This document shows positions 1-13,528 of a stretch of 64,000 bases of DNA, piece after piece; positions within the stretch are counted from its first letter, which is position 1; the number at the start of each line of letters is the position of its first letter. Below the pieces are notes generated by a model that did not search any database, was not told the DNA's origin, and worked only from the letters and a program-made list of their open reading frames with translations. The stretch lies in contig KZ538022.1 in assembly GCA_000934665.2 (NCBI GenBank), forward strand, positions 1 to 64,000, read 5' to 3'. Origin of the DNA: Catajapyx aquilonaris. Its lineage: Eukaryota. The translations under genes and the position numbers were made by a program.

Positions 1-3000
1 CGTTGAACTTGGCCGTATATTTCAGATCTCACCACTTTTTACGGCCAAGCAGTCAGGAGAACTTGGCCTTTTTTTACAGAAAGGTTTTTGGTGGGATTCC
101 CTTATCTGGAGCAGCCTCTTCACTTCCGATGATGGATGATCACATCTCGTAGACTATCTCGAGGTAGGAGTGTCCTGCAGGCCCTGGCAATGACCGTTAA
201 GAGTAGTGATTTTGCAGTACCAACTGCTAGTGAAATGTGGCAACACCAATCACTTGACCTTTCATTTGTTCCTATTAGTAGCAGAGGTCACCAGACTGCA
301 AGTCCTTGCCAGCTTCCAAAGGTTTCTTTTGCCGTCACCTGGAGAGAGTGTTGCCATGTAGCAGTCTTGGTCCATGGCCAACACATGAGCTGCCACATTC
401 CTGAAACAAAGGATTATAAAATGATTTTCGGCAAAATGAAACCCTGAATGGCCTCCGTCTCACTCTGGAGACGACATGGCTGCTGTTGTGTCTGCGAGGG
501 CTGACGACAAGCTCATCATGTATGGGATGGACATCAGGTGTGAAATGAGCTGGGGTAACCACATCTCCTGCTCTGCTTCGCATTAGCCGGTCGTTTCAGC
601 TGGTTAAATTGCAGTCCACTTCAGCAAGACCCTAGATGGAAAAATCATGCGTGGTACATTAAATATTTACTAACAAACTGTAATGTATTGCTGCCTTCAA
701 CCTGGAGTCCATCCGGTATGTGACACCAGAGCTGACGGTCTTTTCATGCAAACAGTCACCTAAAACGGCTCCGAACATACGCATTAGAATCATATGTATC
801 ACTCAGACATGATGTGGTCATTACAAATATTCAAAAATATTGGTGCAACAATAGTGCATATACTGTAGTTAGTCACAACCACATATACGCTACATACATA
901 CATACACACGTAGGCCTACGTACAGGAAAACATGTAACATGGTCACTTGACCCTCTTGGACCGAAAAACTAGATCGAAACATTTTCCGTGGTGTTACCTC
1001 TGCGACATTGAGGTAGCATTGCAACAACGACTTATGGAATACACAATAACCAAGGAATCAATGCATCAAATAATGTGACAACCAGTGAGCAAATGATCCG
1101 GTAGAATAAAGTAATTTATACAAATATAACTATGCATGGAATGATGACAAGAGTGACAAGACTCCTGGAGATGATCCTTCTAGCTGTGCAATGACCCAAG
1201 GGCAGTAAGTCGCAGTAGATTCAGTAGCGAACTAGTTGTAATGCTGTTACGACAGTTGACATTCCTCCATCTGAACTGTGGCTGAAGTGAAGCCACACGT
1301 CCTCTTGGGTCTGTCCAGCTGGATGCCTAGCTGCCATCCATGTCCACTGGCTTTCCAGGTTGCTACACCTCCTCCTGTACAGAACTTCCCCTTCGGATAA
1401 GGAATCTGAAAGTCAAGTCACATTAATCCCAAATTAGATCACGACAACCACATTCTCTCCATTTTATCCCCTGGCTGGCTGAAGCTTCGGACATTCCGGA
1501 TGGCTGTCTCAGTTGCTATCTGCAATTGGATTCCTTTATCTGCAGCAGCCTCCTCCCTTCCGATGATGGATGGTCACATTTCGTAGAGCCGTAGACAGTC
1601 TCCAGTCTCCGTAGACAGTGTCCTGCAGGCCCTGGCAATAACCGTTCGAGTATAGTGATTTTGCAGTACAAACTGGACATTGCAGTATTGACTTAATAGA
1701 CAGTGAGATTCCACAGAAGGAAACACTCCGTTGATCAGTTATCCTTGGAATGTTCAGAGCCTGGCTGCGCTTCATCTCCTGGTTGGCCGTGCTGACCCGC
1801 AGTTGTCCAGCAGGAGACACGGGAGCTAGTGTTGTCATCTGATCAGAAGGTACGGCTGGCCCTAGCTGCCGACAGAATGATGCACCAGCTACATGGTGAC
1901 ACTCCGTCTGATGCGCACGCTATCCAGCAGGTCAGCTGGACTGCCAATGAAGACCGTTGTCTCCCTCCTCCCAGGTGCCAGCTAGCACACCATCGGTGGC
2001 TCCAGGTATGAAGATGGAAAATTAAAAGGGGCATCAAGTTAGCAGTACATATGATGTTATCAACTAATAGCCAAGGTAACACGTGATGGGTGATTGTCCA
2101 GCAGAAACAGGTCGCAATTAATGATTGCTTCCAACTTAGAATGATGCAACTTCCAAAGGCATGTGATCTCACACATTTAAAGCAATTAAACTAGCGCAAG
2201 GGAACTTGCAAATACAAATCCACCCATTGTGGCTCTTATGACATCATTAGGCAAATTTCTAATTAGCTGTGGATACTTTTATAAAATAATGTGACACTTG
2301 CTCACCAGATCTAATTTGTAACGGCCCCAGAACATCGTGATGTTGGATGGCGTGAAGAAAGACTGGTGACCTCAGGTGATGTAGGAATGATGTTTCCGGG
2401 TGCCACTGCTGACTGTTTGAAATCTGTCTCAAAGTCAGGCTCCTATGAGGCCAGCAGCACGTTTTTGACACAGTATATAGAGAAGGACCACAGATGAGTC
2501 CATCCTCCATGGTCTTTCCCTGCAGTTATTGAAGGCCCATGCCTGATCCCGTCCTCAAAAACGAAGTCCTTATTCCCATCTTCCAAGTTTTCCCTTGCCT
2601 TCATCTGAAGAGGGAGTTGCCATCCTGTAACTCTGGTCGACATCTGACGTTACAGTCAAGTCATCCCTGAAGGAAAAGTTCTTGGTAGGAAATGTTCTGC
2701 AGCGTAACTAATGTAGTAATGAGAAACCTGAATGGCCTCCATCTCAGCCTGCACGCCTACTCAGTCTACTGGTCTTTTGTCTGTAGTGACGGCAGGCAGG
2801 TTATTGAGTCGCATCCATACCAAGGTGTGGCGAAGCCTGCGCAGGGTTGGCTACGACTTCACAAGGCTGTATGGGATGAACATCAGGTGTGAAATGGGCT
2901 CCGCTTCATATTTGCCACTGTGTACAGCTGGTTAAATTGTGGTCCACTTCAGCAGAACCCTAGCGCAGTGAGGCTGGAGCCAAATTAAAACAAATCTTAA

Positions 3001-6000
3001 AACACAAATCCACCCATTGTTGCAAATTATGGGGAATCATCATGCAAGTTCCCAATTATTATTAGCTCTGGCTATGCTTATAAATGTGACTTTTGCTCAC
3101 CCGATCTCATTTGTAGTGTCCGAAGAACATCGTGATGTTGGATGGCGATGTCAGGTGTTGTAGCAATCATGTTACTGAGTGCCAGTGCTGATTGTTTGAA
3201 AGCGGTCTGAAGGGCAGGCCCCCGTGAAGGCAGCAGCCTGTTGGCTTGCAGCAGAAGGGGCGTGTCCATGATGTGGGGATGGTTGACGGCAGGCATTCTT
3301 CTCCACAACCCTGGAACAAGCTGTTATTAGCATCAAATTTCCCAATGTGAATAATGGTCACTGTCTGCAGGTCATCAGATCAGCTGCATGACCCTCGGCG
3401 ATGCATAGACTATGTCTATGGTTACTTGGGCCTTCCAAGTGGCTGTCCTCTGAAAGGCTGTCGTCTGAAGAGCAGGTTGCCAAGTTGTACTGCAGGTGGA
3501 CACCTGACATCCCAGTCACCTTATCCCTGAAAGAAATTATCTCCGATTGAAATGGTGAACAACATAACTAGTAAATATGAATGGCCTGCATCTGACTCTG
3601 AACATTGGTGTTGTGAAGCAGTAAGTTGACAACAAGTTCACCAGGCTCTATGGGATGATGATCACAGGTGTGAAATAGGCTGGAAACTTTGCTCTGCAAT
3701 GCTTGACGAGGCAGGATGCAGGGACAAACAGGACCATCCTCCAGGTTGGATTGTTGCCGCTGAACCACATTCTGGAACACATGCGTCATGAGCAATAATT
3801 CAGGTTGCAATCATTGTCCCCTTTGACTTGCTGCAGTTTTTGGTGAAGGCATGCACGTAGGGATCTGAAACTGGCAAAAATTATCTGCAGCATACCTGAA
3901 ACTAAAATCATGGTCAATCAATCATGGAGTGCAGCGAAGTTGGCTTCGCCATAAGTGTCGCCATCACTGAGATGAAGCAACAGCGGACAAGTAGGATTCC
4001 TGCAACAGTAGAGTGGACAGAGACGACTCAAATCCAGGAAGGCCCGTTGATTGTAGAAGTGCGATATCAGGGTGCCACCATGCAATACATGTCAACCTTC
4101 AGACTCACCAACCAACAGGCTGACCTTCAGCCATCGATGATGGACGGTCACATCATGCGCAGTCTCCATCGACACACATCAGTCCTGCCTCGCTTCCAAC
4201 AAGACCACCAGATATGGTTAGCACCGGCCGCACATCTGTCCATTCCGCACCATCAGGTCACCTGGGCTGCTAATAGAGACGGCTGTCTCCCTTCTTCCTA
4301 GGCAGCAAGCAGTATGTCAACGGTGGCACCATAGCCATCCAATGATGGCAGAGCCTGCCACTCTTTCATTCCTGAAAAAATCACAATTAATAACTGCCCT
4401 CAGCCTTCCACTTCTTCATTCCATTTACTAAACACAGCGTAGATAAATTCCCAACGCAGCTAGGTACCTCGCAATCTTCCGTCCTGGCAAATCCCCTCCT
4501 GTGGAGTTCACATGTGTTGCAATCCAACTTGTCTCCAGCAGCTCGTACACAAACTGTGGTCTCCTCATCTCGTAGACAGAAGTGCCAGATGAGGCAAGTG
4601 CAGTGAGAAAACAAACATTATGAGAAAAGTCCAAGTTGCAATAGTCCCTTTCACTTACTGTAGATTTTGGAGGAGGGGGACACATAAGAGGGATCAAGTG
4701 CCTTTCAGAGAGGGATATGAAACTGGCCAAAATGGGTGCAGAATAAATCGCATTAACTCGCAGACAATCCAGCAGCGCAAGTTAACTATGGATTGTCACG
4801 GCCACCACCATTAGAAGAACCAGTACCAACCCAGTAGCCCACATTAGACAACTAGGAATAAGTAAGTAGCATTCCAACAACATTAGTCGCCTGCATGTTA
4901 GTGCTGGGAATGGGGAGAAGGAAGGCTCATCACCCTGCAGTGGGCTGTCGATTCCTTTCTGGTTTGGTGCTATTCTTGAAGGTTCTTCACGATGTTGGCC
5001 AGGTTCACCATATGACTGCTTCCAACTTAGAATGATGCTGGCAGCAACAGTGAATCCTCCAGAGGCATGTGATGTGACTGCCACACTCATTGAAAGCAAT
5101 TAGATTAGTAAGGGGATTCTAAAACACAAATACACCCATTGTTGCAATTATTATGAATCATCATGCAAGTTCCTAATTAGCTCTGGCTATGCTTATAAAT
5201 GCGACTTTTGCTCACCCGATCTCATTTGTAGTGTCCGAAGAACAATGTGACGTTGGTTGACCCGAAGAAAGACTCATTACCTCAGGTGTTCCCGAGTGCC
5301 ACAGCCGATTGCTTGAAAGCGGTCTCAATGGCAGGCCCCCATGAAGGCAGCAGCACGTTGGCGTAGAAGAGTCGGACCATCAACATCCCACTTGTAATCG
5401 CGCGCCATATGCAAAAAGGAACACAATTAGTGAAATCGTAAAATGTAATGTGCCAAACCACAAGTAAAGGCGAGTGCATTCCCCATGTTGTAAACGAGCG
5501 CAACCTTCAATTAAATGGAGAAACAAATTCAAAAATTGTCGTAAAACAAACTCAAGTCCTTATAATAATTGTTTAATGCAACAATTACTTCATTACATCA
5601 ATTGTTGAAATTATAAATGTGGAATGGAAATGCAATGTTTCCATGACTGTCCAAAAATTTTGCAGCACTTTACTAAGACTGCAGGAAGTCTCCCAAAAAC
5701 AAGATCATTTTATGCCATGAAATATGAAGCTAGAAATTAACTGCAATTCAATTGCATAAGATTTATCAAATGTGAAACTTACTATTTACAAATCTCACGC
5801 CAATGCCAGACGGTAGAGGCACCTCATTTTTGCACCAATGCATTTTGATAAACCGCCAATTGTCTAAGAATGCGTGTGCATGTCACTAGCTTACCATTAC
5901 TGTAATTTACAAGTAAAATTGCATTACATTATCACCATCCTAGTGTTATAGCAAGACTAGAACTCAGCAAATTAGAGAAAGAATGGGTCATTGTCAACAT

Positions 6001-7065
6001 CACGGCCCAGGCAAATCGCCGCCAGCTGTTCCCACTGCCTTGACTGCAGGGAAGACTCACTGTTGGCATGGCTGGATGCCAGGCAAGCATCTCGATCCAG
6101 TCTGGACATGAGGTGGGGATGACACAGTGACCCTTGACCTCTCCAGCCAGCCCTCTCCCACCTTCCACTTTCATTCAAATAAATTGCCAATATTATTACT
6201 GAAGAGGTATCTGCAATGCATCAGGTTCAGGTGATGTCCATGATGCGTCAAACAGGCAAGATAATTATTTCCTCCCAATGAATCCAATGCGGCCATCCAC
6301 CTGAAATTGATCAGCACTAGATCACACTGCAAAAACCACGTTCGCATTCCCTTCAAATCTCCAGCAATAATCAAGCAGGCCAAAAGCCAAGTCCTTTGCT
6401 GCAGCATCCTGCAACTGATAACAATTAGAAGGCAAAATTAGACAGTCGTCAAGAAGAGGGCAAAATGGGGCGACCTCAGGTTTGCAAACCTCGATTAGTA
6501 TTCACCAAACAGCACGCGAAACACAAACCACACGTCACCATCACCACACGTCACCATCACCACACGTTACAATGATCCATCCATACTGGCCCCAGGGCGA
6601 ACACCACCACTCGTAAAATCAATCTTTCGTAAAAACCACTCGTATAACCACTCGTAAAATCCTTCGCAACATGATACGAGTTGTGTGAATGAACTGCCTC
6701 ATTCCCTGTCCAATCCTCCTTTGGTCCGAAGAAGTGTTCAGGTCAAAGGTAGCCGAGAGACTGAGGCAGATAAGAAGCTGTGCAAGTTCGTTCTTATCAT
6801 CCGAGGGGTGGGTCTATAGTTGAGAGGCGAATTGGACTGGCTGGAATTTATGCTTGTATGCATATCAGATGGGGTCACGTGTTTATATCTGCCCTCTCTG
6901 GCGCGTGCCTGTCTAATGACCCCTGGATGGAGTGACCTTCGTCCTTACCCAAATCGAGGCCAATTCGTCTTCCTGGCCTTATTAGCCAATAATAATAATT
7001 ATTGTATTTATGTACGTCAATATTGTCGAGATGAAGGTAATTATCGATTTGAGAAAAATGAGCGC
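1..7065 (-). mobile_element. Decayed, intron-containing Cys-rich coding region made of shuffled duplicated blocks; candidate KDZ/CxC-type DNA transposon relic (runs off the window's left edge)
   Basis: Blocks recur with clear identity: ~110-225/1535-1670/4130-4190; 443-635/2725-2965/3578-3690; 1925-2005/4253-4335; 2120-2170/5010-5075; 2210-2470/3000-3260/5120-5365; 2600-2672/3460-3530. Minus-strand peptides include CVPECGSAATI, HPIQP/HPIEP, LLLQANRLLPSRGPALQTAFKQSAL, DVLRTLQMRSG and QWEQLAAICL. Many ttcag acceptors are present and frames are broken by stops and frameshifts. The family assignment is from motif resemblance only. Confidence 0.4.
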
Positions 7066-8876
7066 GAAAAATGTTGTTATTTGACTGGACGCAATCGCGC
7101 AAACAGTGAATAATTAAAATAGTGTCTCTCGTTACTTAATTCCGTTGGTCTCTGAAATCACGTCTCCACACACAATGCCGAATTGGAAATACTGTCGGTT
7201 ATTATAATTGTAGGACGATTATCTATATAAATACTGTACAAGCATATTGTTGTGAGCTGTCAAATTGGGAACAGGGAACGAGACCAAATCGGCAGGTTTT
7301 TCGTTTTGTTGTTGTTGTTTTTTTGGGTCTCCCTAGGTGGGTTTTGAAATAGTATTTCTTGCATTCCTCGACGATAAAAAATATTTCAATATCCTCGGCA
7401 ATGACTAGCAAATGGAATATTACAAGGTGAGTCACAAGATTACTGCCATTTTTGCTCGGCGTGATTTATTTTATCAGTTGCATTTTGTTTAACTTTCATT
7501 GCTCTGTATGCAATATTAGCCTCGTAATCACATATATATGCATGCGTTGTAATGAAACGCAAAAAAGTACTTGCAAATGCAGAGTCTTCCAGCTTCCCTG
7601 CAATGCAATTTGGTGCGAATATTTTCCATAAGGATTACTATCATTAATTATAGCATCCGGCATTTCCCCAACCTGACTAGACGCAAAAGGACCCTGCCAG
7701 CCTTGCCAAAACCCGCCCACAAAAAAACCAGTGCAGACCCAACTGTTTTATTTCATTATGCTAAAACCTTATACGGACAAATCTGAAGGACATATACTTG
7801 ACGCGTCATTATCGTGATGAAATGGAACAATATTTCGACACGTAACTCGGCGTTTTATTTGCACTACTTTGCTTCGCAATCTTTTCGTAATTAAGTAGGC
7901 TCTAACTCGAATCCAGGTAGCTACATTGAAGAGCCCTCCACAAGAATTCCATGGCGTTACTGGGAATTAGCAAGCGCACAATGACATATGAAATAAAATG
8001 TCCACTCATATGCCACTGATATGATATCACTATTCTTATGTCTGCTGCGGACTGGGTCCCCTCGCGTAATGGATCCTACCAAAAATGAAATTAGCGTACC
8101 ATCTACCACAGAAAAAAATCAGCGCACATTTTGGTGCTCTCGTGCATCCAACCTGTCTCCTTGACCTTGTTAAAAGCCTGGGCACAGCTACGGTCGCACA
8201 CACAACGACTGACAGTTTAGTCCCAACTGAGTCTCTCATACATTTTCCTTCTTGGACTCCTAATGCACCACATGGTCCCGGCTGCGGTTAAGTTACTGAT
8301 TGCAACAGATGAATAATTACACGGCCACATACCCATTCCCAGAAAGTATTATGCAAAGTTTGTTTCCTTGATTACCAGTTGGTACCACATATATCAATCA
8401 ATATTAAACTGGGTCACACCAAGCCAACTGGTTGCTGCCGGTCGTCACCTGGACGTGACCTCCCACTTCCGCCCACGAAAAGATCGGCCCCGCCGCCTAA
8501 TTAACAAAATACAGACGATCAATGACCTCGAACCACGACGCCGAGCTGTCTGAACAAAAAAAAAAGGAGCATGCTCGTCGCTGCTCATTTGTTCTGCAAT
8601 CGCCGCATTCGGGTGGCTGACACTGGCAAGGACGCACTTACGCGCTGCTATTATAAAAGTAGCTGCTACTCTCGCTGAATCCTGTTAAATAATCCGACAA
8701 CACTGTAGACGTAATTACACCCGTAATTATGTCAGAGTTAGGAGCTTTCGGACGCCTGGAAAATTAACCTACAGACAGTGGGAGAGCGCTATTGAATAAA
8801 ACTGCTACCTCCGTCACTGCTACTCGCTGGAGTAACAAAATGTGATGGAAACACTGTGACAGGCATGCATTGTTTG

Positions 8877-8995
8877 CAAGGGGGTAACAACTTCGTGAAA
8901 CCGGTGTACAGGGTCCCGGTGGAACAGGCCTGGAACCGCCTTAGAACCGGTTCCAGGAACTGGTGTACACTTTTCGGGGAGTTCTGAGCCCCTTG
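8877..8995. mobile_element. Small palindromic MITE-like element (CAAGGG...CCCTTG ends)
   Basis: caagggggtaacaacttc...gtgtaca on the left pairs imperfectly with tgtacac...gagttctgagccccttg on the right. Confidence 0.4.
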
Positions 8996-11057
8996 ATTGT
9001 TTTCTATACGTATTAAATCAGAATAATATATTACTTTGTGATCATATTTGACTGTTACAAAATGCTATTCGCAGTGGTTACATTCTACAATCATGTAATA
9101 GTTATGTAACTTTTATGTAGCACAATTAATACAGTAGACTCCGCGTAGACTTCAAGGGACCGCGGAAATCAGTCTGTTACAGCCGAGGTCTGTCATAGCC
9201 CAATACAAAGGCAATGAATGGAAGTATGGAGGGACAAACCTTTTGAGTCTGCTATAAACGAGAATCTGTTGGTGATTACTACAGAAACAGGTCGTGGGCA
9301 GAACGGGCTTTACTAGCTGCTAGTGTGTGCATAATATGGACAAACAAACAAACTTTGCCCTTATAGCTACAGAGAGAAGAGAGATATCCCAGGATGCTTT
9401 CCCGAGTTTATTTGATCAGGCTCTGTGTAGAGCCTAATTATGATTCATCTAGTCTGATTAGGTTAATTTGGGTAGAATATTGCAATTACGGCCATGACAA
9501 TTATTTTTATATTCAATTTTGGCAGTTTTAATGCCTGCAGATCCATCTGTCCACTTCGCAGCGAATCTGCCACGACTCTTGTTGGTGCTGCCGTCTGGCT
9601 GAAGGGGCCGGAACCCTCCAAAAAATCCATGCATATGGCAGCGTAAATCAATGTTTGTTCAGGTCCCGGAGAAAACGGGTCGGTTTGGTGGGTTGGTTGA
9701 CTGGAGGGGGCCAGTTTGCACCGGGAGAATGCCTTTGATCTTTCCATCCGGCGGTCCATAAGGAGAGGCTGGCGCGGCAAAGAGAAGAAACCAAAGGATG
9801 TAAAGCAGGAGACACATGATTGATGGTAACCAGGAGCTGTCGACAACACCTAGTGTGTTTTGGGCACAAGCCAATAAGCCTTTTTTTTGCCGCCCTAACA
9901 TAAGTCAGCACACATTTGGAGGGTCGAGTTACCGGAAGCCAATTCGGGCTGACCAGAAAAAGGCTCCGGATTTTTCCTATTCATGTCCTGGATTTCTTTT
10001 GAAATCCGCAAGATTAGAAGGCTCCTTTGTAGGCTCCGCTTGTCTAGGTTTTCTTTGGGATGAAAAGGTACCCAGGGTATGAAAAACATCCGGATTTTCC
10101 CCAGTAGTGTTGTGGTGTTGCCTAGCCCCCCTGAATCACGCCAGCTTAACCAGCTGATTCCGGGGTTGACAGCCCCCGATTACCGGACAGGAGATAAGTC
10201 TTAGGAGTGATGAGAAAATATGAGGATGTTTTTCTAGGGTCCGGCACGTGTGTGTGTCAAAAGCGGGTTCCCACGCGGGTTTTGCTCCTATAGGTGTTGG
10301 GGGAAACACATTTAAAAAGGGGTTGGCAACCCCACCCGGATGACACTCTCCGGACTATGTGACTCCTAATGGGATTTTGGGTGTGTGGTGGGGAAGGGAA
10401 AGTGTGGCATTTTCCATTGGATGGACTTGATGGAGGGCCCGGATTTTTCTGGTACTCTGATTCACCCAGTAGAGCCTGCAGCTTGTTGTCTCCGATAGTA
10501 CACGTGCCTTGTACTTTTTTCTCTCTCTCTCTCTCTTGCAGCTTCCCTCCCCTAGGGAGGTAAACAGACAGCAGCAGGGATTGATGAATAATTAGGGTGA
10601 TGAATGACGGTCATCGCGCAACTGATGAGCGATGGGTATTGTTTGATCCTGCTGGGAACAGTTGATAAGTGCGATGTTTGACAGGCGAGTGGGCGGGTTT
10701 TTGTTTGGGAGGGTGGAGAGGGGGATACGGCCCCAGGATTATTCCCAAGCACGGAAAGGTAGTTGTGGAGAGGGAGATGCTGATGGGGGATAGCATCTCG
10801 GCACTTATCGCTGATCAAGTTGCAAGTACCGGCTGAGTATAAATTGCGCCATCATTATTCTCGATCGTTATGATTAATTGAGGCACACCAAAATGGCCGC
10901 ACTTTTCGACGGCTTTTCTTGCGCTCCATGGACCATTAGCCAAATAATTCCGAGTTCCATTAGTGCCATCCTCTGTAATGATTTGGTGGTAAAAATTAAC
11001 TGCTTAATCCAGATATGCCTCCATTATTTTTTGTTTAATTTTTATGATTTTTTTTTG

Positions 11058-11237
11058 CAGTGCTAGACATTGATGGTGTCGTACTGGTGGCGACAAATGA
11101 GCGAATCGAAATTGCCTCCGTATGACCACCTGCACTTGATTTAGTCTATGATCAATGAAGGTGGTCATACAGAGGCAATTTCGGCAATCTCTTTTCCCGA
11201 CAGCTGCTCGTGGCGCCACCTATAATGACCGGCACTG
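11058..11237. mobile_element. Palindromic MITE family A, copy 1 (CAGTG...CACTG ends)
   Basis: Core ctccgtatgaccacc...gaaggtggtcatac is an inverted repeat. The same sequence recurs at 28841 and 33289. The right end cactg is followed by TA. Confidence 0.75.
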
Positions 11238-12261
11238 TACAAATGTCCTACATGTAGGACCCCAGGCATAATATGGGTAAAAGCCAAGAAAACGATACCA
11301 GGAACGGACGTTTCGAATACAGGACAAGTTGGTTCAAAGCTTTAGAGCTCGTAACGACATGTAAATTCCTGGATGTCACCGCTTATTGCTGAGTGTTCCA
11401 AGGCAACAGTGCGGGTAGTTTCGGATGGTAGTCTAAGGAACGCAGCTGGCACCAGACCGTTTCTATTTCACCGTACGTAAAGGGGGGGGGGGGTAGGGGA
11501 AGGGAAATTAAGCCAGATCTATTTGGATGACAGGCAGGACAGGAGGGAACCGCCTGCGAAACGCGGACCATCTGTCTTTTCCCTATTCCACACGTATACT
11601 GGAAAGCCAAGAACCCTTCCCTAAATTGCTCTCCTTTCTCCTGACATCTCGGATTAATATTGCACCAAAACCCACCCACCCACCCTCTGGGGAAAACTAA
11701 TCGCTTCCCGAATTATTGTCTGAGCTTTACAGACTATATGGGCTTAGAAATGCAATCGCAATATTAGGCTAATTGGACGCTTGTTGATGTACTACTACTA
11801 CTGGGCCTCCTGTATTCAAATCGCGGCTGAGCCCCAACTGGTGGCTGCTGGAATCAACACTCGATTTTCGCCGGATGGAATTTGGCACAAATCTCCTGCC
11901 TGGGCTAATGGAATTTGAAACTTGTCCAGCCCAAGCCATAGGGAAAGGGAAAATAGTCAATGAGAAACTCCAGGGCTTTAGTATCAATCCGGGCATCTGA
12001 ATGGGACGATTCGGATGCATTTCTGCTCCAGTAAATCACAAGTCCTTATCTCTCTGTGGACATGCCAGAATTTGCATTATTGTTATGAAGGGAGGGAAAA
12101 AAAAGAAGAGGAACGGAAGACATTTCCATGTCGGAATTCCTTCAAAAGTAGCCGCAGCACGTGGCAGCTTGACTGATTTACACACGGGTACGAAGGAATT
12201 TATTGTCAAATAAAGCGCACGTGGAATTCGAGGCCCGCTTCCTAATTTATTGCGAGGTGTA

Positions 12262-12574
12262 CAGGGTGATTTGTAGCGATTCTGAATGCTGAACAATTTT
12301 GAGTGACAGTTTCAGCACGAGGCATGTGCAGAATTTGCGAAAACAATTTGGGTTTATCCATGAGACTTTGTCCTAAACAGAACATAAAAATAAAATAACC
12401 AATAAAATAATAAGTAAATAATAAAATAACAATCGCACTGAAGTTAACAATAAATAACGAATAAAATGTGGGTGTTAACCCGCCCTAAATAGATTGAACT
12501 GCCAATCACATTTTTATTCGAGTGATTAAAATACTTGTTGCATTTAATCGTTTGAATCGTTACGAATCACCCTG
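12262..12574. mobile_element. Tc1/mariner-type MITE with TA target duplication
   Basis: TA|cagggtgatttgtagcgatt ... aatcgttacgaatcaccctg|TA. The TIRs of ~25 bp are imperfect and the interior is AT-rich. Confidence 0.75.
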
Positions 12575-13387
12575 TATTTTTTGTACTGTGTGACGTATAG
12601 AGATTGCATGACCGATTTTTTTTGTGGGACATTGTGTCCAGGTTATGCTGAGCACGGCATTTTCTGCGCTTCCGATAACGATTCATGCACTGGCATAAAT
12701 TATGCGCGCGTGATCATGTCGCCGTTTCTGTCTGAAATTTGCATTTGGAAAATTGGCCCAGTTCTGTCGCTGCATTTGCATACACACTATACATTGCCAG
12801 AGCTGTTTTATTTCATCTGGATCATTTAATTTGGGAGCGCAGTTTCCATTATTACAAATTGCGGCGCAATTATTTGCAACTTAACGCACCTGTGCAGGTG
12901 CGTTTTGTGTCAGTTTGTTAATAGGATGCGAATTAATACATGTGAGAGTGAATTGAGCAGTATTTTACGAGCCAATTCAGCCGGATTAAAACATGTTTTT
13001 GAACTCACATTATTTACGATCATATTACATTATTTTATTTGCATCTTTTACAGCGTTGAGAGTAAAATATTGGGCCAGCTCCAATGACATGATCCTGAAA
13101 GTGGGCCAACCATTTGGAAAAAACTATACATTTGTTTTCTTGTGTCTGTCACATTAAGCTCCCGAAATGGGGTCACGTCACTAGTCCCCCTATCACTTGA
13201 CATAACCCCCCCTTGGAATCTGGTGTCATAACAAAGTGGCACCAACCCTGATTGAATCTGCTGTAATTTGATCACTCCGATTGATAAGACGCTCAAATGA
13301 TAAGCTGCTGGCTCCAGTTACTCCTAACCTGTTCTTGAGCGATTCCAGTTCAGTTGACACGATTAGGATGCTGGCTCCCCGAATAAG

Positions 13388-13445
13388 TGTCCGTAGTACC
13401 ATACCCCTTCACATAGATGGCGCCCGGACAAACAGAGGGACACAC
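13388..13445 (+). repeat. Dispersed repeat family B fragment (tgtcc..gtagtacca..cacatagatggcgc..ccggacaaacagagg)
   Basis: The same motif string occurs at ~20753-20890, ~36100-36158 and ~59291-59858. Confidence 0.6.
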
Positions 13446-13446
13446 C

Positions 13447-13525
<79 letters not shown>
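13447..13525. repeat. (AAT)n microsatellite, about 26 units
   Basis: Perfect trinucleotide run, which explains the poly-Ile ORF in the track. Confidence 0.98.

Positions 13526-13528
<3 letters not shown>

Noticed and set aside
1009..1030. TGAGGTAG let-7-like seed
   Set aside because: The rest of the sequence does not match let-7 and no hairpin is evident.
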